DNA from: an uncultured Spirochaetales bacterium
GTDB lineage: Bacteria; Spirochaetota; Spirochaetia; DSM-27196; DATKUC01
Direction: 5' to 3'
DNA length: 64,000 nt
NCBI GenBank assembly: GCA_964577375.1
Contig: CAZNYW010000017.1
Location: 887-64,886, forward strand
Shown here one piece after another: positions 36,160-44,633 of the stretch. Under the pieces are notes generated by a model. That model did no database searches and had not been told where the DNA came from. It was given only the letters and a program-made list of their open reading frames with translations. Each line of letters starts with the position of its first letter. Position 1 is the stretch's first letter. A program made the translations under genes and the position numbers.

Positions 36160-36226
36160 CGTCGAACTTCCGTGTTCGACGACCCTCTTCCCCCCCCCTA
36201 CGGGGGGAGTCTCCGGACAGGAGACT
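36160..36226 (-). promoter_or_regulatory. Structured flaB 5' leader: three adjacent perfect hairpins
   Basis: Plus-strand coordinates. CGTCGAAC/GTTCGACG at 36160-36181; C6/G6 within 36190-36207; AGTCTCC-ggaca-GGAGACT at 36208-36226. All read directly. Confidence 0.5.
36190..36198. repeat. Homopolymeric C9 (G9 on the flaB-sense strand) tract in the flaB/tpk intergenic region
   Basis: Nine consecutive C residues read directly. This is the longest G/C homopolymer I noticed in the window. Confidence 0.9.
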
Positions 36227-36331
36227 TCTACATTGATTGTCGACACGGTGAAAATCGGCTTGAGCTTTTTTTTGCAGTGCGTGCTGGTCAGTCTTTGCAA
36301 AGCGGGGGAAATGGCCTAATCTCATCCGCAT

Positions 36332-36955
36332 ATGCGCGGTATCCTTTTCACCGGCGGTGAATGTCCCAGATTCGAGCTCGTGAGACAGTGGCTGACCGAC
36401 GGCTGCATCATAGTCGCCGCGGATTCGGGTTATGATAGCGTGCGTGAATATGGGCTGGCGCCGGCCCTCGTCGTCGGTGACATGGATTCGATCCGGGACC
36501 GCGACGCAGTGATGCGGCTTCCGGAGGAAAAGCGGCGGATCTATCCGGCGGAAAAAGACGATACCGACACCGAGCTGGGACTTGCAGCATTGCGCGACCT
36601 GGGTGCGGATGAGATCGTTGTGGTCGGGGGCGGCGGCGGGCGTCTCGATCACCTGCTCGGGATTGTGGCTCTTTTCAGCCGGCCGGCCGGACCGCTGGTA
36701 TGGCTGCTGCCCGGGAACGAGGTGCACCGGATCGAAGGCCGGTGGGCATTGCGGGTGGACCACGGGGAGACGCTCTCCTTTTTTCCGGCTTCGGATGGAC
36801 CGTGCCGGATGCGGAGCACCGGGCTGAAATGGCCCCTGGACGGGCTGACCTGGCGGACCGGATCGGTTGGAATCAGCAACGTCGCCACGAGGGATGAGGT
36901 GACGGTGGAGATGCTGAGCGGCCGGTTGATCATGGTCAGATCAACACAGGAGTAA
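36332..36955 (+). CDS. Thiamine pyrophosphokinase
   Basis: [15 protein letters not shown] and [12 protein letters not shown] motifs, with a C-terminal thiamine-binding beta domain. Confidence 0.85.
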   Translation: MRGILFTGGECPRFELVRQWLTDGCIIVAADSGYDSVREYGLAPALVVGDMDSIRDRDAVMRLPEEKRRIYPAEKDDTDTELGLAALRDLGADEIVVVGGGGGRLDHLLGIVALFSRPAGPLVWLLPGNEVHRIEGRWALRVDHGETLSFFPASDGPCRMRSTGLKWPLDGLTWRTGSVGISNVATRDEVTVEMLSGRLIMVRSTQE

Positions 36956-36959
36956 CGGT

Positions 36960-38837
36960 GTGACTGGGCGCAAGAGTCTTCAGGAGCTGGTAGATGAGTT
37001 GCCGGCCGAGGAGCGGAAGGAGCTTTACGAGCGTGTCAAACGCAGTCTCAGTCTGCAGACGGACGAGAGCCGGAAGATCTATCACGCCGAGCTTCCCCGC
37101 GACCGCCGCGCGGAGCTGATTCAGCAGGAGATACAATCGCTGGGCCTCTGGGCGCGATTCGTCTACTGGCTCATGAGGCTTCTCTCTCACCGTCCCGACG
37201 AAGAGGTTTTTCTCCGTTACAAAATGGGCCGCATGCGGCGAACGATAAGCGGAGCGGGCACGGACCTGGTGGATTTTGTCGAGAAGTTCCTGCTGCCGGA
37301 AGCCGGCCGACGGCTCTTTTCACTCTATCAGGCGGCATATCCGATAATTCCGATGTTCCGTCTGCTCTGGACTGATACCGACTTCCTTCAGGAAATGGTC
37401 TCTTTTCTCCTCGAGAGGCGAATCCCCGACGCAAAAACCGAAATCAATCAGTTCATGCCCATGAAGGAGATGCAGGACCTCTTCATGCAGACTGAGAAGA
37501 AGCAAAGCATTCGAAACGAGGTGATGGCGCGGCTCGAACGGTATCTGTCCGCGCTGCAGCCGGATATGTTCTCTCATCTCGAAGAAGGCCTGCTCCCGCT
37601 CTATTACCTGAAGGGGCTGTGTCTGTTTCCCTACGACGAGTTCTACTCGATGATGGGCGCCGACCTCGGGTACAGCGCGCCGGAGAAGATTCCGGAGCTG
37701 CAGGCAGTACGTATACTTGATATCGAGCATTATCTGGAGGAGCTGTACTACGCGATCTACAGCACGCACAGGCTGCCGAAGAATGTCATTGTACACAGTG
37801 AGCTTCTCGAGTACTACGTAGACAATTCGGAACAGGAGAGGATTGCTCTGATCGGGGTGGTCGCCGGAAGCGAGGGAGCCGGCGAACCTGAAGAGGTTGA
37901 AGCGGGCGATGATGAGGAAGCTTCCGAAGAGGCGCCTGAAGGAGACGATGAGGGATCTGACGCGCGCCAGCAGCGTATCTCGTCTCTGAGAAAGGCGCTG
38001 CGGAGCGCAAAGGATCAGGCCGAGCGACTCCACCGGTCGCTTCCGATTGCGGATATCATCAAATACTTCCGGGAGGATCCCTACTACAGGTTTCTCGTAT
38101 ATGTTCCACGGTTGAACCTTCGGGAGTACTACGCATCTGCTTTGACGGTCAGTATTCTCGGCCAGCTCGAGTCGAGGTTCGAGGACGTCCGGATGGGCGT
38201 GATCGGGCGTATGATTACGCACATTTTCGGGACCGAGCCGCCTGAGTTCGAAAATTTTCGTTCCTCCAGTTTTGCCTGGGTAAAGGGAATCGGACTTCCC
38301 ACGATCAGGTACGTCAAATCGGTGAATATACTCTACAACTACATTCGCCTTCACTATTTTGGCGAGCTGCATGAGCTTGTCCAGGCGCTGAGCCGCATAA
38401 TACCGGCACGCTATCGGGAGGAACAGAGCTCCATGGTTTTTCACGCTGCCGGGCTGGAAGATCTGATGGACAAGATTCACGCGTTTGATCTTTCGTTCAG
38501 CCCGGATACCGATGAGGGGAAGAGCCTGATCCGTATGCGGACCGCGATGGAGAAGGACCCGTCACTGCAGCGATCTTTCCGGATCATCATGGCGCAGAAG
38601 GACCGTGATGCCCGTTCACTGCTGGACAAAGGCGCCGAGCATATTCAGGGGCTGCAGAATGCCTTTTCCAACCTTCGCCAGGCAAGGGAGCCGGCGCTGT
38701 CGGGTCGTCTTGCGCAGTACCAGGGCGTCGAAGGCGTACAAAGGGACGGAGACTCACTTCTTGCCCGGTACATCGAAACCTTCGTCTTTCTGAGGAAGCT
38801 ACTCAATCAGCTGATCGCAATGGAGGAGGGGTATTGA
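36960..38837 (+). CDS. Large conserved-looking hypothetical protein (625 aa) with an internal acidic linker
   Basis: GTG start 4 nt after the tpk stop. Coding-like composition throughout and an acidic stretch GEPEEVEAGDDEEASEEAPEGDDEGSD. I recognise no motif. Confidence 0.6.
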   Translation: MTGRKSLQELVDELPAEERKELYERVKRSLSLQTDESRKIYHAELPRDRRAELIQQEIQSLGLWARFVYWLMRLLSHRPDEEVFLRYKMGRMRRTISGAGTDLVDFVEKFLLPEAGRRLFSLYQAAYPIIPMFRLLWTDTDFLQEMVSFLLERRIPDAKTEINQFMPMKEMQDLFMQTEKKQSIRNEVMARLERYLSALQPDMFSHLEEGLLPLYYLKGLCLFPYDEFYSMMGADLGYSAPEKIPELQAVRILDIEHYLEELYYAIYSTHRLPKNVIVHSELLEYYVDNSEQERIALIGVVAGSEGAGEPEEVEAGDDEEASEEAPEGDDEGSDARQQRISSLRKALRSAKDQAERLHRSLPIADIIKYFREDPYYRFLVYVPRLNLREYYASALTVSILGQLESRFEDVRMGVIGRMITHIFGTEPPEFENFRSSSFAWVKGIGLPTIRYVKSVNILYNYIRLHYFGELHELVQALSRIIPARYREEQSSMVFHAAGLEDLMDKIHAFDLSFSPDTDEGKSLIRMRTAMEKDPSLQRSFRIIMAQKDRDARSLLDKGAEHIQGLQNAFSNLRQAREPALSGRLAQYQGVEGVQRDGDSLLARYIETFVFLRKLLNQLIAMEEGY

Positions 38838-38850
38838 GCGCGGCCTGCTT

Positions 38851-39345
38851 TCAGCCGCGGGTCGACTCGAGCTCCTGAATGGCGTTTCGAATTCTTTCGG
38901 TAGTCTCCTGAGGATCTTCGACAAGCACCCTCTTGCCGGCAAGCAGGTCCGCAATTCCTGTTTCCCGTGGATAGCGCGGGATAATGTGCAGATGGATGTG
39001 GTCGATTGACGCGCCAGCAACCGGCCCCATGTTGTAACCTATGTTGTATGCCCGCGGTGTGTGGGTGCGGTCTAGCGCGTCGAGGATCAGACGGTTGACC
39101 TTTGAGAGGTCCTCCTCCTCTTCCTTTGTGTATTCCCGGATATCGAGGAGATGGCGCCGTGGAAATACCATTATGTGGCCGGGGTTGTAGGGGTAAAGAT
39201 TGACTGCTGCAATGAAGTGCGCGCTGCGATAGACGGTGAGATTGACGACATCCGGCGAGTTGTCCCGTATGAGGCAGAGAATGCAGCCTACCGGCCGGCC
39301 GCCCTTGATATAGGCCATCTTCTCGAAATTGAAGAAATATTCCAT
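38851..39345 (-). CDS. HIT-family (histidine triad) nucleotide hydrolase/transferase
   Basis: DHIHLHIIPRY histidine-triad motif. Confidence 0.85.
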   Translation of the reverse strand: MEYFFNFEKMAYIKGGRPVGCILCLIRDNSPDVVNLTVYRSAHFIAAVNLYPYNPGHIMVFPRRHLLDIREYTKEEEEDLSKVNRLILDALDRTHTPRAYNIGYNMGPVAGASIDHIHLHIIPRYPRETGIADLLAGKRVLVEDPQETTERIRNAIQELESTRG

Positions 39346-39354
39346 TGCGCGACA

Positions 39355-40272
39355 CTATCGGAGTGTGTTCGGCAGCTGCCCGGACCCGCCGCCCGAAGAG
39401 GACTGTGTCGACGGTGGTTGCGACGAGGGGGGAGTGGTCGATGGAAGCATCAGATCATTGAGATTGATCGAATCGGGATTCTTGCCGTTTTCGAGTGCGA
39501 GGTACTTGAGAAGGATGGGATACTGGGTGAGAACCTCCCCGTATTGCCGGAGCAGGTCGAGGGTATTGGTCTTGTTGACCTGCTGCTGCGCGGCTGCCTG
39601 TGTCGCCTGCTCCAACGCTCTGGTCTTGTTGTCGATCAGGGAGGTGTAAGAAGACTGCGCTTTGCTGTAGAGCGAGAGGTCCGGCAGCTGGAATTTGGTG
39701 ACGGCGGCACTGAAAAAGGTGAAATCGGGAAACTGGCTCGAGAGCTGGGATACCAGGTCGGGTCCAATCGACGCCGGGCCAATTGACTGTGTTCCCGCCT
39801 TCTGATTCATGAGTGCAGGGACCATCTTCTGGAGAGTCGAAAGAAGTCCGGTCTCGAAATGGCTGTAGTAGGCATCGAGCGAATCGGGGGAGAGTAGACC
39901 ATCCCTGGTTAGCTGCGGCAGCGCGTCCGGTTTCAGACGATAGGAAACCGTTACATCAAGTGAATAGGAAAACGAGGGATTTCCGGGAAGATACTGCGAG
40001 TAGACATCGCCCGAAGGCAGCGTGCCTGTTGCGTTCAGCGTGCTCTGTCTCGTCTGAAGCTGATAGGTGTAAAGCTCAAAGTTGGTGGGAATCACCCGTT
40101 CCCATCGCCAGATGAACCTGCCGGGCTCCAGGACCGATGAATCCCATCCGCCGGTTTTGGTGAAGGCAACCGCGTAGGTGTCGGCCGGCAGTTGCAGCTG
40201 AACCCAGCCGAAATAGAAAACCACCGCACCTGCAATTATCAGTATCACAAGAGAGACAAGGAACTTCTTCAT
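39355..40272 (-). CDS. Membrane-anchored hypothetical protein, possibly a distant SPFH/band-7 fold, with an S/P/Q-rich tail
   Basis: N-terminal TM helix. LQLPADTYAVAFTKTGGWDSSVLEPGRFIWRW resembles the SPFH N-terminal pattern (weak). Confidence 0.5.
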   Translation of the reverse strand: MKKFLVSLVILIIAGAVVFYFGWVQLQLPADTYAVAFTKTGGWDSSVLEPGRFIWRWERVIPTNFELYTYQLQTRQSTLNATGTLPSGDVYSQYLPGNPSFSYSLDVTVSYRLKPDALPQLTRDGLLSPDSLDAYYSHFETGLLSTLQKMVPALMNQKAGTQSIGPASIGPDLVSQLSSQFPDFTFFSAAVTKFQLPDLSLYSKAQSSYTSLIDNKTRALEQATQAAAQQQVNKTNTLDLLRQYGEVLTQYPILLKYLALENGKNPDSINLNDLMLPSTTPPSSQPPSTQSSSGGGSGQLPNTLR

Positions 40273-41255
40273 CGGTGCTCCTTTCGGGCTGTCGTTGTCA
40301 GATCGAGAATTCCCGTCACCTGCGCGAGCGCGTCTACCGCAGCGTCCGCGTGCAGATGGACACAGCGCGGATCGTCCTCTCGCAGCCGGAGCGAGCGGGA
40401 ATCGCCGGCAAAGAGGCAGGTCGAGAATCCGGCCTGCTGTGCGGGGAGTATGTCGTTGAGCATGTCGTTGCCGACGTACAGAACGCTGTGAGGGGACAGG
40501 GCGTAATTACGAAGAAGTTCCTCGCGCACCGACTCGAAGAGTCTCGGCGCGGGCTTGGCGACGCCGCGGCGGTAGGACCAGCTGCAGAGGCACTCGTGGA
40601 TTCCGAGCTCGGCAAGTGTCGCGTCCAACAACGCTGGAAAGAGCAGCGGCGTGTAGAATTGCGCGTTGGAAATCAGTCCCACGGGGATACCGGCCCGAGC
40701 GAGGCCGGTCAACAGCTCCCGGGCGCCGGGCATAGGCCACACCGGGTTGGTCAGGCACTCGTACATTACTGCCGCCCGATAAACCGTGACCGGATCCTCG
40801 GGAGAGCGGATAAGCCCGGTTCCGTTGAGCTCTTCGAAAACAGCGGCCCAGACCTTTACGATATCCACCTCAGGAAACTCGATGCCGAGGTTCTGCTTCT
40901 CCGAGTGGATGGTTTTGATGACCGCGAGGTACTCGGAACGTCCCACCTGTTCAGCCGCCGACGCGTCGAGGATGTCGCACCCTGCAGCGCGAAGCGCCAA
41001 CTCCACCGGCCCGGATCCCGCGCTTCTCCCTTCCGGGATACTCGACGCGTGGAGCGAGATATCTCCTGAGGCGGACACGAAAAGCGTGCCATAGACGTCG
41101 AAAAGAACGGCATGGACCGGAACTTCCAGATGGTCGTAGGGTGGATATTCCGGCCTGCGCGGCTCTGCAGGCCTGCTTTCCCGGCGGATGATGCGGACGA
41201 GATCGAGAGCAAGATCGTCCGTGACGTTCGCTTCCTCGCGTTCCGATTCCGCCAT
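40269..41255 (-). CDS. HAD-superfamily hydrolase
   Basis: Motif I LFDVYGTLF (DxYGT variant). Motif IV VGDMLNDILPAQQAGF. Confidence 0.75.
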   Translation of the reverse strand: MAESEREEANVTDDLALDLVRIIRRESRPAEPRRPEYPPYDHLEVPVHAVLFDVYGTLFVSASGDISLHASSIPEGRSAGSGPVELALRAAGCDILDASAAEQVGRSEYLAVIKTIHSEKQNLGIEFPEVDIVKVWAAVFEELNGTGLIRSPEDPVTVYRAAVMYECLTNPVWPMPGARELLTGLARAGIPVGLISNAQFYTPLLFPALLDATLAELGIHECLCSWSYRRGVAKPAPRLFESVREELLRNYALSPHSVLYVGNDMLNDILPAQQAGFSTCLFAGDSRSLRLREDDPRCVHLHADAAVDALAQVTGILDLTTTARKEHR

Positions 41256-41334
41256 GAGAAGAATACTAAAAGAAAATCGCTATTCAATGCAAGCTCCCAT
41301 CCGTGTTAGACTCGGGCCTGTGGAAAGGGGCCAC

Positions 41335-41691
41335 ATGCTTCGAACGCCAGGACATCCCACGTTCTATAGATCACTGCGAATGCTCGAGGCTGCTACTGCC
41401 TTTCTGCTTCTCTTCCTTCTGTTTGTGCTGGGTCTCTTCTTCCTCGGCAACGATCAGGAGTTCCTCGACAGCTCACAGACAATGCTGCTCGATGTCCTGC
41501 GGCTCGTCAGTCTGCTGTGCGCGCTCGTCGCCCTGTACTACACGATAGGCCTGATCGTCTGGATGATCCGGCGAGGCAGGTTCCTTCTTGGACGAACGCT
41601 CCTGGGAGCGGTATCGATCCTGCTCGGGTTCGGTCTGAGCATCGGGGTGAATCTGGTGCTGGTGCTGCTCGCACCTGTGAGCGGAGGGTGA
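41335..41691 (+). CDS. Small integral membrane protein (3-4 TM helices), hypothetical
   Basis: Internal ATG with GAAAGGGG 6 nt upstream. Earlier in-frame starts would overlap the divergent HAD gene's start. Confidence 0.45.
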   Translation: MLRTPGHPTFYRSLRMLEAATAFLLLFLLFVLGLFFLGNDQEFLDSSQTMLLDVLRLVSLLCALVALYYTIGLIVWMIRRGRFLLGRTLLGAVSILLGFGLSIGVNLVLVLLAPVSGG

Positions 41692-41692
41692 G

Positions 41693-42511
41693 GTGCGCAT
41701 GGAACCCGATCTGTATGCCGATGAGGTCGAGCTGAAGACAGCCGAAGAGGTGGAGAGTATCCGCCGCGCGGCGTCGGTGATCACGCTGATACTCGCTCAC
41801 GTACGCCAGGGAATCTCGCCGGGCCGCACCACGGCAGAGGTGGAGCGCGAATGCGCCGGTCTCCTTGCGAGACACAACGCGACCTCGCCGGAAGAGAGTA
41901 CAGGGGGGTTCCCGGCGACGGTGTGCATCTCGGTAAACAACGTGGTGGCTCACGGCATTCCGGGGGACTATGAGCTGCGTGACGGCGATATTCTCACGGT
42001 CGACGTGACCGCCTGCATCGACGGCTGGTACGCGGACGGCGCCTGGACCTACCTGGTGGGGGAGGGTGACGAGGAGACGCGGAGGCTCGTCTCAGCGGCC
42101 TGGCAGTGCTGCCGGAGCGGAGTGCGGGCGGCGCGTGCAGGCGCGCGACTCGGTGACGTCGGCGCGGCGATTCAGTCGACGGCGCGGCGGCTCGGCTGCG
42201 TGGTTCTCGGCGAGTTTGCCGGGCACGGAATCGGCAGAAAGATCCACGAACCGCCGACTGTCTATCATGTCGCGGAGCGCGCGACCGGTACCCCGATCGT
42301 ACCGGGACTGGTATTTACCGTTGAGCCGATCGTGAGCTTCGGCGCGGCGGAGACACGGCTTCTGGATGACGGTTGGACCTACGAGAGCATAGACGGCAGC
42401 CGGACGGCGCAATTCGAGCACACAATTGCAGTCTTCGGTTACCGAACCGAGAACCTTACCTTTCCCGACGGCGCCCGGAACCGGCACGTTGACTTTCCAC
42501 CGTTTTTCTAA
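41693..42511 (+). CDS. map: Methionine aminopeptidase, type I
   Basis: Pita-bread fold metal-ligand pattern (DILTVDV, DGWYADGAWT, GHGIGRKIHE, FTVEP, EHT). Start is GTG 41693 or ATG 41699. Confidence 0.9.
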   Translation: MRMEPDLYADEVELKTAEEVESIRRAASVITLILAHVRQGISPGRTTAEVERECAGLLARHNATSPEESTGGFPATVCISVNNVVAHGIPGDYELRDGDILTVDVTACIDGWYADGAWTYLVGEGDEETRRLVSAAWQCCRSGVRAARAGARLGDVGAAIQSTARRLGCVVLGEFAGHGIGRKIHEPPTVYHVAERATGTPIVPGLVFTVEPIVSFGAAETRLLDDGWTYESIDGSRTAQFEHTIAVFGYRTENLTFPDGARNRHVDFPPFF

Positions 42512-42542
42512 TAGCGTAGGTTTCTGCGTACGAATACAACAC

Positions 42543-42616
42543 GCCGCCTTAGCTCAGATGGCCAGAGCACGTGACTTGTAATCTCGGGGTCCCCGGTTCG
42601 AATCCGGGAGGTGGCT
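42543..42616 (+). tRNA. tRNA-Thr (anticodon UGU)
   Basis: Manual cloverleaf. Acceptor GCCGCCT/AGGTGGC, D arm GCTC-AGATGGCCA-GAGC, anticodon loop CTTGTAA, T arm CCCGG-TTCGAAT-CCGGG. CCA is not encoded. Confidence 0.9.
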
Positions 42617-42639
42617 TGTTCCAAAAAAAACACGAACTA

Positions 42640-42669
42640 TTGACATCGCGCGCGGCGGCATGCTATGTT
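42640..42669 (+). promoter_or_regulatory. Sigma70-type promoter between the two tRNA genes (TTGACA-N18-TATGTT)
   Basis: Exact -35 hexamer. The -10 ends 12 nt before the tRNA-Tyr 5' end. Confidence 0.55.
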
Positions 42670-42681
42670 CGTGGCTCTCAA

Positions 42682-42763
42682 GGGGAGATTCCCGAGCGGT
42701 CAAAGGGGGCAGACTGTAAATCTGTTGGCTCAGCCTTCGAAGGTTCGAATCCTTCTCTCCCCA
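42682..42763 (+). tRNA. tRNA-Tyr (anticodon GUA), long variable arm
   Basis: Near-identical in architecture to the E. coli tRNA-Tyr pattern (..TTCCCGAGCGG.CAAAGGG.GCAGACTGTAAATCTG...TTCGAAGGTTCGAATCCTTC...). Confidence 0.92.
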
Positions 42764-42929
42764 TATCTTCAGATTCAGAAATTGCCTGCGGCTCGATATC
42801 AAACGACCAGTCTTGACTTCCTTATTTCAGCCGGTCATTTTGTGCAGGAACCCCACGGATGCAGCTGCCCGGGATCGCCTGTCTCTCTGTTGAAAGAGAC
42901 CGGCGTGATATACTACGCTTGAGGAACGC

Positions 42930-43385
42930 ATGGAGCGTGAACCATTTTACCGCAATGGACTTCGTTTCTCGTGCACGCGCTGTTCGCGCTGCTGCCGTCA
43001 CCAGCCCGGCTACGTCTTCCTGTCGGAACAGGATGTGGAGCAGCTTTGCGTGGCGAAAGGGATGAGCAGGGCGGAAGTGCTCGACGGATTCTGCCGTCAG
43101 GTTAATATAAGCGGATTCATTCGACTCAGTCTCAAGGAGAAGCCGAATTACGACTGTGTGTTCTGGGAACGTGGTCACTGCACGGTGTATGAGAATCGGC
43201 CGCTGCAATGCCGGAACTATCCGTTCTGGCACGCCAACCTCGATTCGCAGAGCTCCTGGGATGAGCTTCAGAGTGAGTGCCCGGGAGTGAATATAGGGCG
43301 GCTTCACAGCCGTGAGGAAATCGAAGCGCGCCTGAAAGAGCGGAGGCTTTCACCGATCATGGAGATCCGCGGAGCAGACACGTAG
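42930..43385 (+). CDS. YkgJ-family Cys-cluster (CxxCxxCC) Zn/Fe-binding protein (UPF0153)
   Basis: FSCTRCSRCCRHQPGYVFL, plus a second cluster CTVYENRPLQCRNYPFW. Confidence 0.8.
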   Translation: MEREPFYRNGLRFSCTRCSRCCRHQPGYVFLSEQDVEQLCVAKGMSRAEVLDGFCRQVNISGFIRLSLKEKPNYDCVFWERGHCTVYENRPLQCRNYPFWHANLDSQSSWDELQSECPGVNIGRLHSREEIEARLKERRLSPIMEIRGADT

Positions 43386-43441
43386 GCGCGTCGTCGCCGA
43401 GTTCAGTATGAGAATCGGGAAGTAGAGATGGTGGCCCGGCA

Positions 43442-44386
43442 ATGAAGGTTCGATTCTGGGGCGTGCGAGGCTCTCACCCCACACCCATGACCCCTGACGC
43501 GGTGCGAAGCAAGATCGCGAGTGTCGTGCAGCGCATACGGCCGGAGGATCTCGCCAACGCCCGGGCCCGAGAATCCTTCCTGGCGTCGCTGCCGCACTGG
43601 TTGTTCGGGGCAACAGGGGGAAACACGCCGTGCGTCGAAATCCAGCTGGCGGACGGCACCTTTCTGCTTTTCGACACCGGGTCCGGCATACGCGAGCTCT
43701 CGGCGCATTTTTCGCATCAATTGCAGATTCCGCAGCGGTTCCACATCTTTTACTCGCATTTCCACTATGACCATGTTCAGGGACTGCCCTTCTTCGGGCC
43801 GGCCTACAATCCGCGAACCGAGATCCGTTTCTACAGCCCGGTCACGGACTTTCGGCGCTATCTGAGCGAGCACATGCGACACCCCTATTTCCCGGTGACG
43901 ATGGAAGATCGGATGACGAAGAACATGGATTTTCGTGTGCTTTCGGGCGACTCGCTTCCGCTCGGTTCTGCAACGATCACCTGGCGGTTTCTCAACCATC
44001 CGGGAGGCTCCTATGCCTACAGGCTGGACGAGAACGGGAGATCGCTGATATTCGCCACCGACACCGAGCTGCTCGAGTCCGACTTTGAACGCAACCCGGC
44101 GAACATCCGGTTCTTTCGGGGCGCGGACGTTCTGATACTCGACACACAGTACACGCTCGGGGAAGCGATCGAGAAGTTCAACTGGGGCCACAGCTCCTTC
44201 AGTCTCGGTGTGGATTTCGCTACAGCCTGGGACATCAACAAGCTTTTTCTTTTCCATCACGAGCCGCTATACGACGATAAGAAACTTCACCGAAACCTGC
44301 AGTCGGCGCGCTGGTACGCGCATCGCCTGGGAAACGAGCAGCTGCGGATCTTCCTTTCGGAAGAGGGCATGGAGATCCCGATATGA
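43442..44386 (+). CDS. MBL-fold metallo-hydrolase
   Basis: HFHYDH (HxHxDH) zinc motif, with downstream H and D ligands (LNHPGGS, FATDTE, FHHEP). Confidence 0.85.
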   Translation: MKVRFWGVRGSHPTPMTPDAVRSKIASVVQRIRPEDLANARARESFLASLPHWLFGATGGNTPCVEIQLADGTFLLFDTGSGIRELSAHFSHQLQIPQRFHIFYSHFHYDHVQGLPFFGPAYNPRTEIRFYSPVTDFRRYLSEHMRHPYFPVTMEDRMTKNMDFRVLSGDSLPLGSATITWRFLNHPGGSYAYRLDENGRSLIFATDTELLESDFERNPANIRFFRGADVLILDTQYTLGEAIEKFNWGHSSFSLGVDFATAWDINKLFLFHHEPLYDDKKLHRNLQSARWYAHRLGNEQLRIFLSEEGMEIPI

Positions 44387-44613
44387 GCGGCAATCACCTT
44401 TCCGTCCGGATGAACGGACGCGAAGTCACGGCACTCTATCTGCTGCTGCGACGGGAAGAGGACAGACTCGACGAGGAGCTGCTTTCTCTCCTTGGCCGCA
44501 TCGAAGAGATGCTCTTTTCGAGACTTTCGATCGACGAGATGGAGCGTATCGACGATCTGTACCGGAGCGGAGTGAACGTGTTCGACGCCGGAGACGACGT
44601 CTCCCCGGCGTGA
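44383..44613 (+). CDS. Hypothetical 76-aa acidic protein, translationally coupled to the MBL-fold gene
   Basis: ATGA overlap with the upstream stop. No recognisable motif. Confidence 0.45.
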   Translation: MSGNHLSVRMNGREVTALYLLLRREEDRLDEELLSLLGRIEEMLFSRLSIDEMERIDDLYRSGVNVFDAGDDVSPA

Positions 44614-44633
44614 ACAGAATCCGGAGAAAACCA

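Noticed and set aside
36252-36290. Full sigma28 promoter for flaB (TAAA-N15-GCCGATAA)
   Set aside because: The -10-like GCCGATTT is present, but no TAAA lies at the correct 15-nt spacing; an A8 run occupies that interval. It is therefore mentioned only as a partial match, not annotated as a feature.
36122-36331. TPP riboswitch upstream of the thiamine pyrophosphokinase gene
   Set aside because: The conserved CUGAGA and ACCUGAUCUGGAUAAUGCCAGCG-type elements are absent. The structures present are simple hairpins better explained as the flaB leader on the opposite strand.
35354-36763. 321-aa plus-strand ORF antisense to flaB, and the 214-codon N-terminal extension of the listed flaB ORF (to 36763)
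   Set aside because: Flagellin begins at the conserved MVINHN with an AAGGAGG Shine-Dalgarno at 36121. The extension would run through the intergenic hairpins and overlap the thiamine pyrophosphokinase gene on the other strand.
40269-41255. HAD hydrolase motif I reads DVYGT rather than DxDxT; possible inactive enzyme
   Set aside because: DxYGT is the normal motif of the haloacid-dehalogenase-type subfamily of HAD proteins. It is therefore a subfamily marker, not evidence of degeneration.
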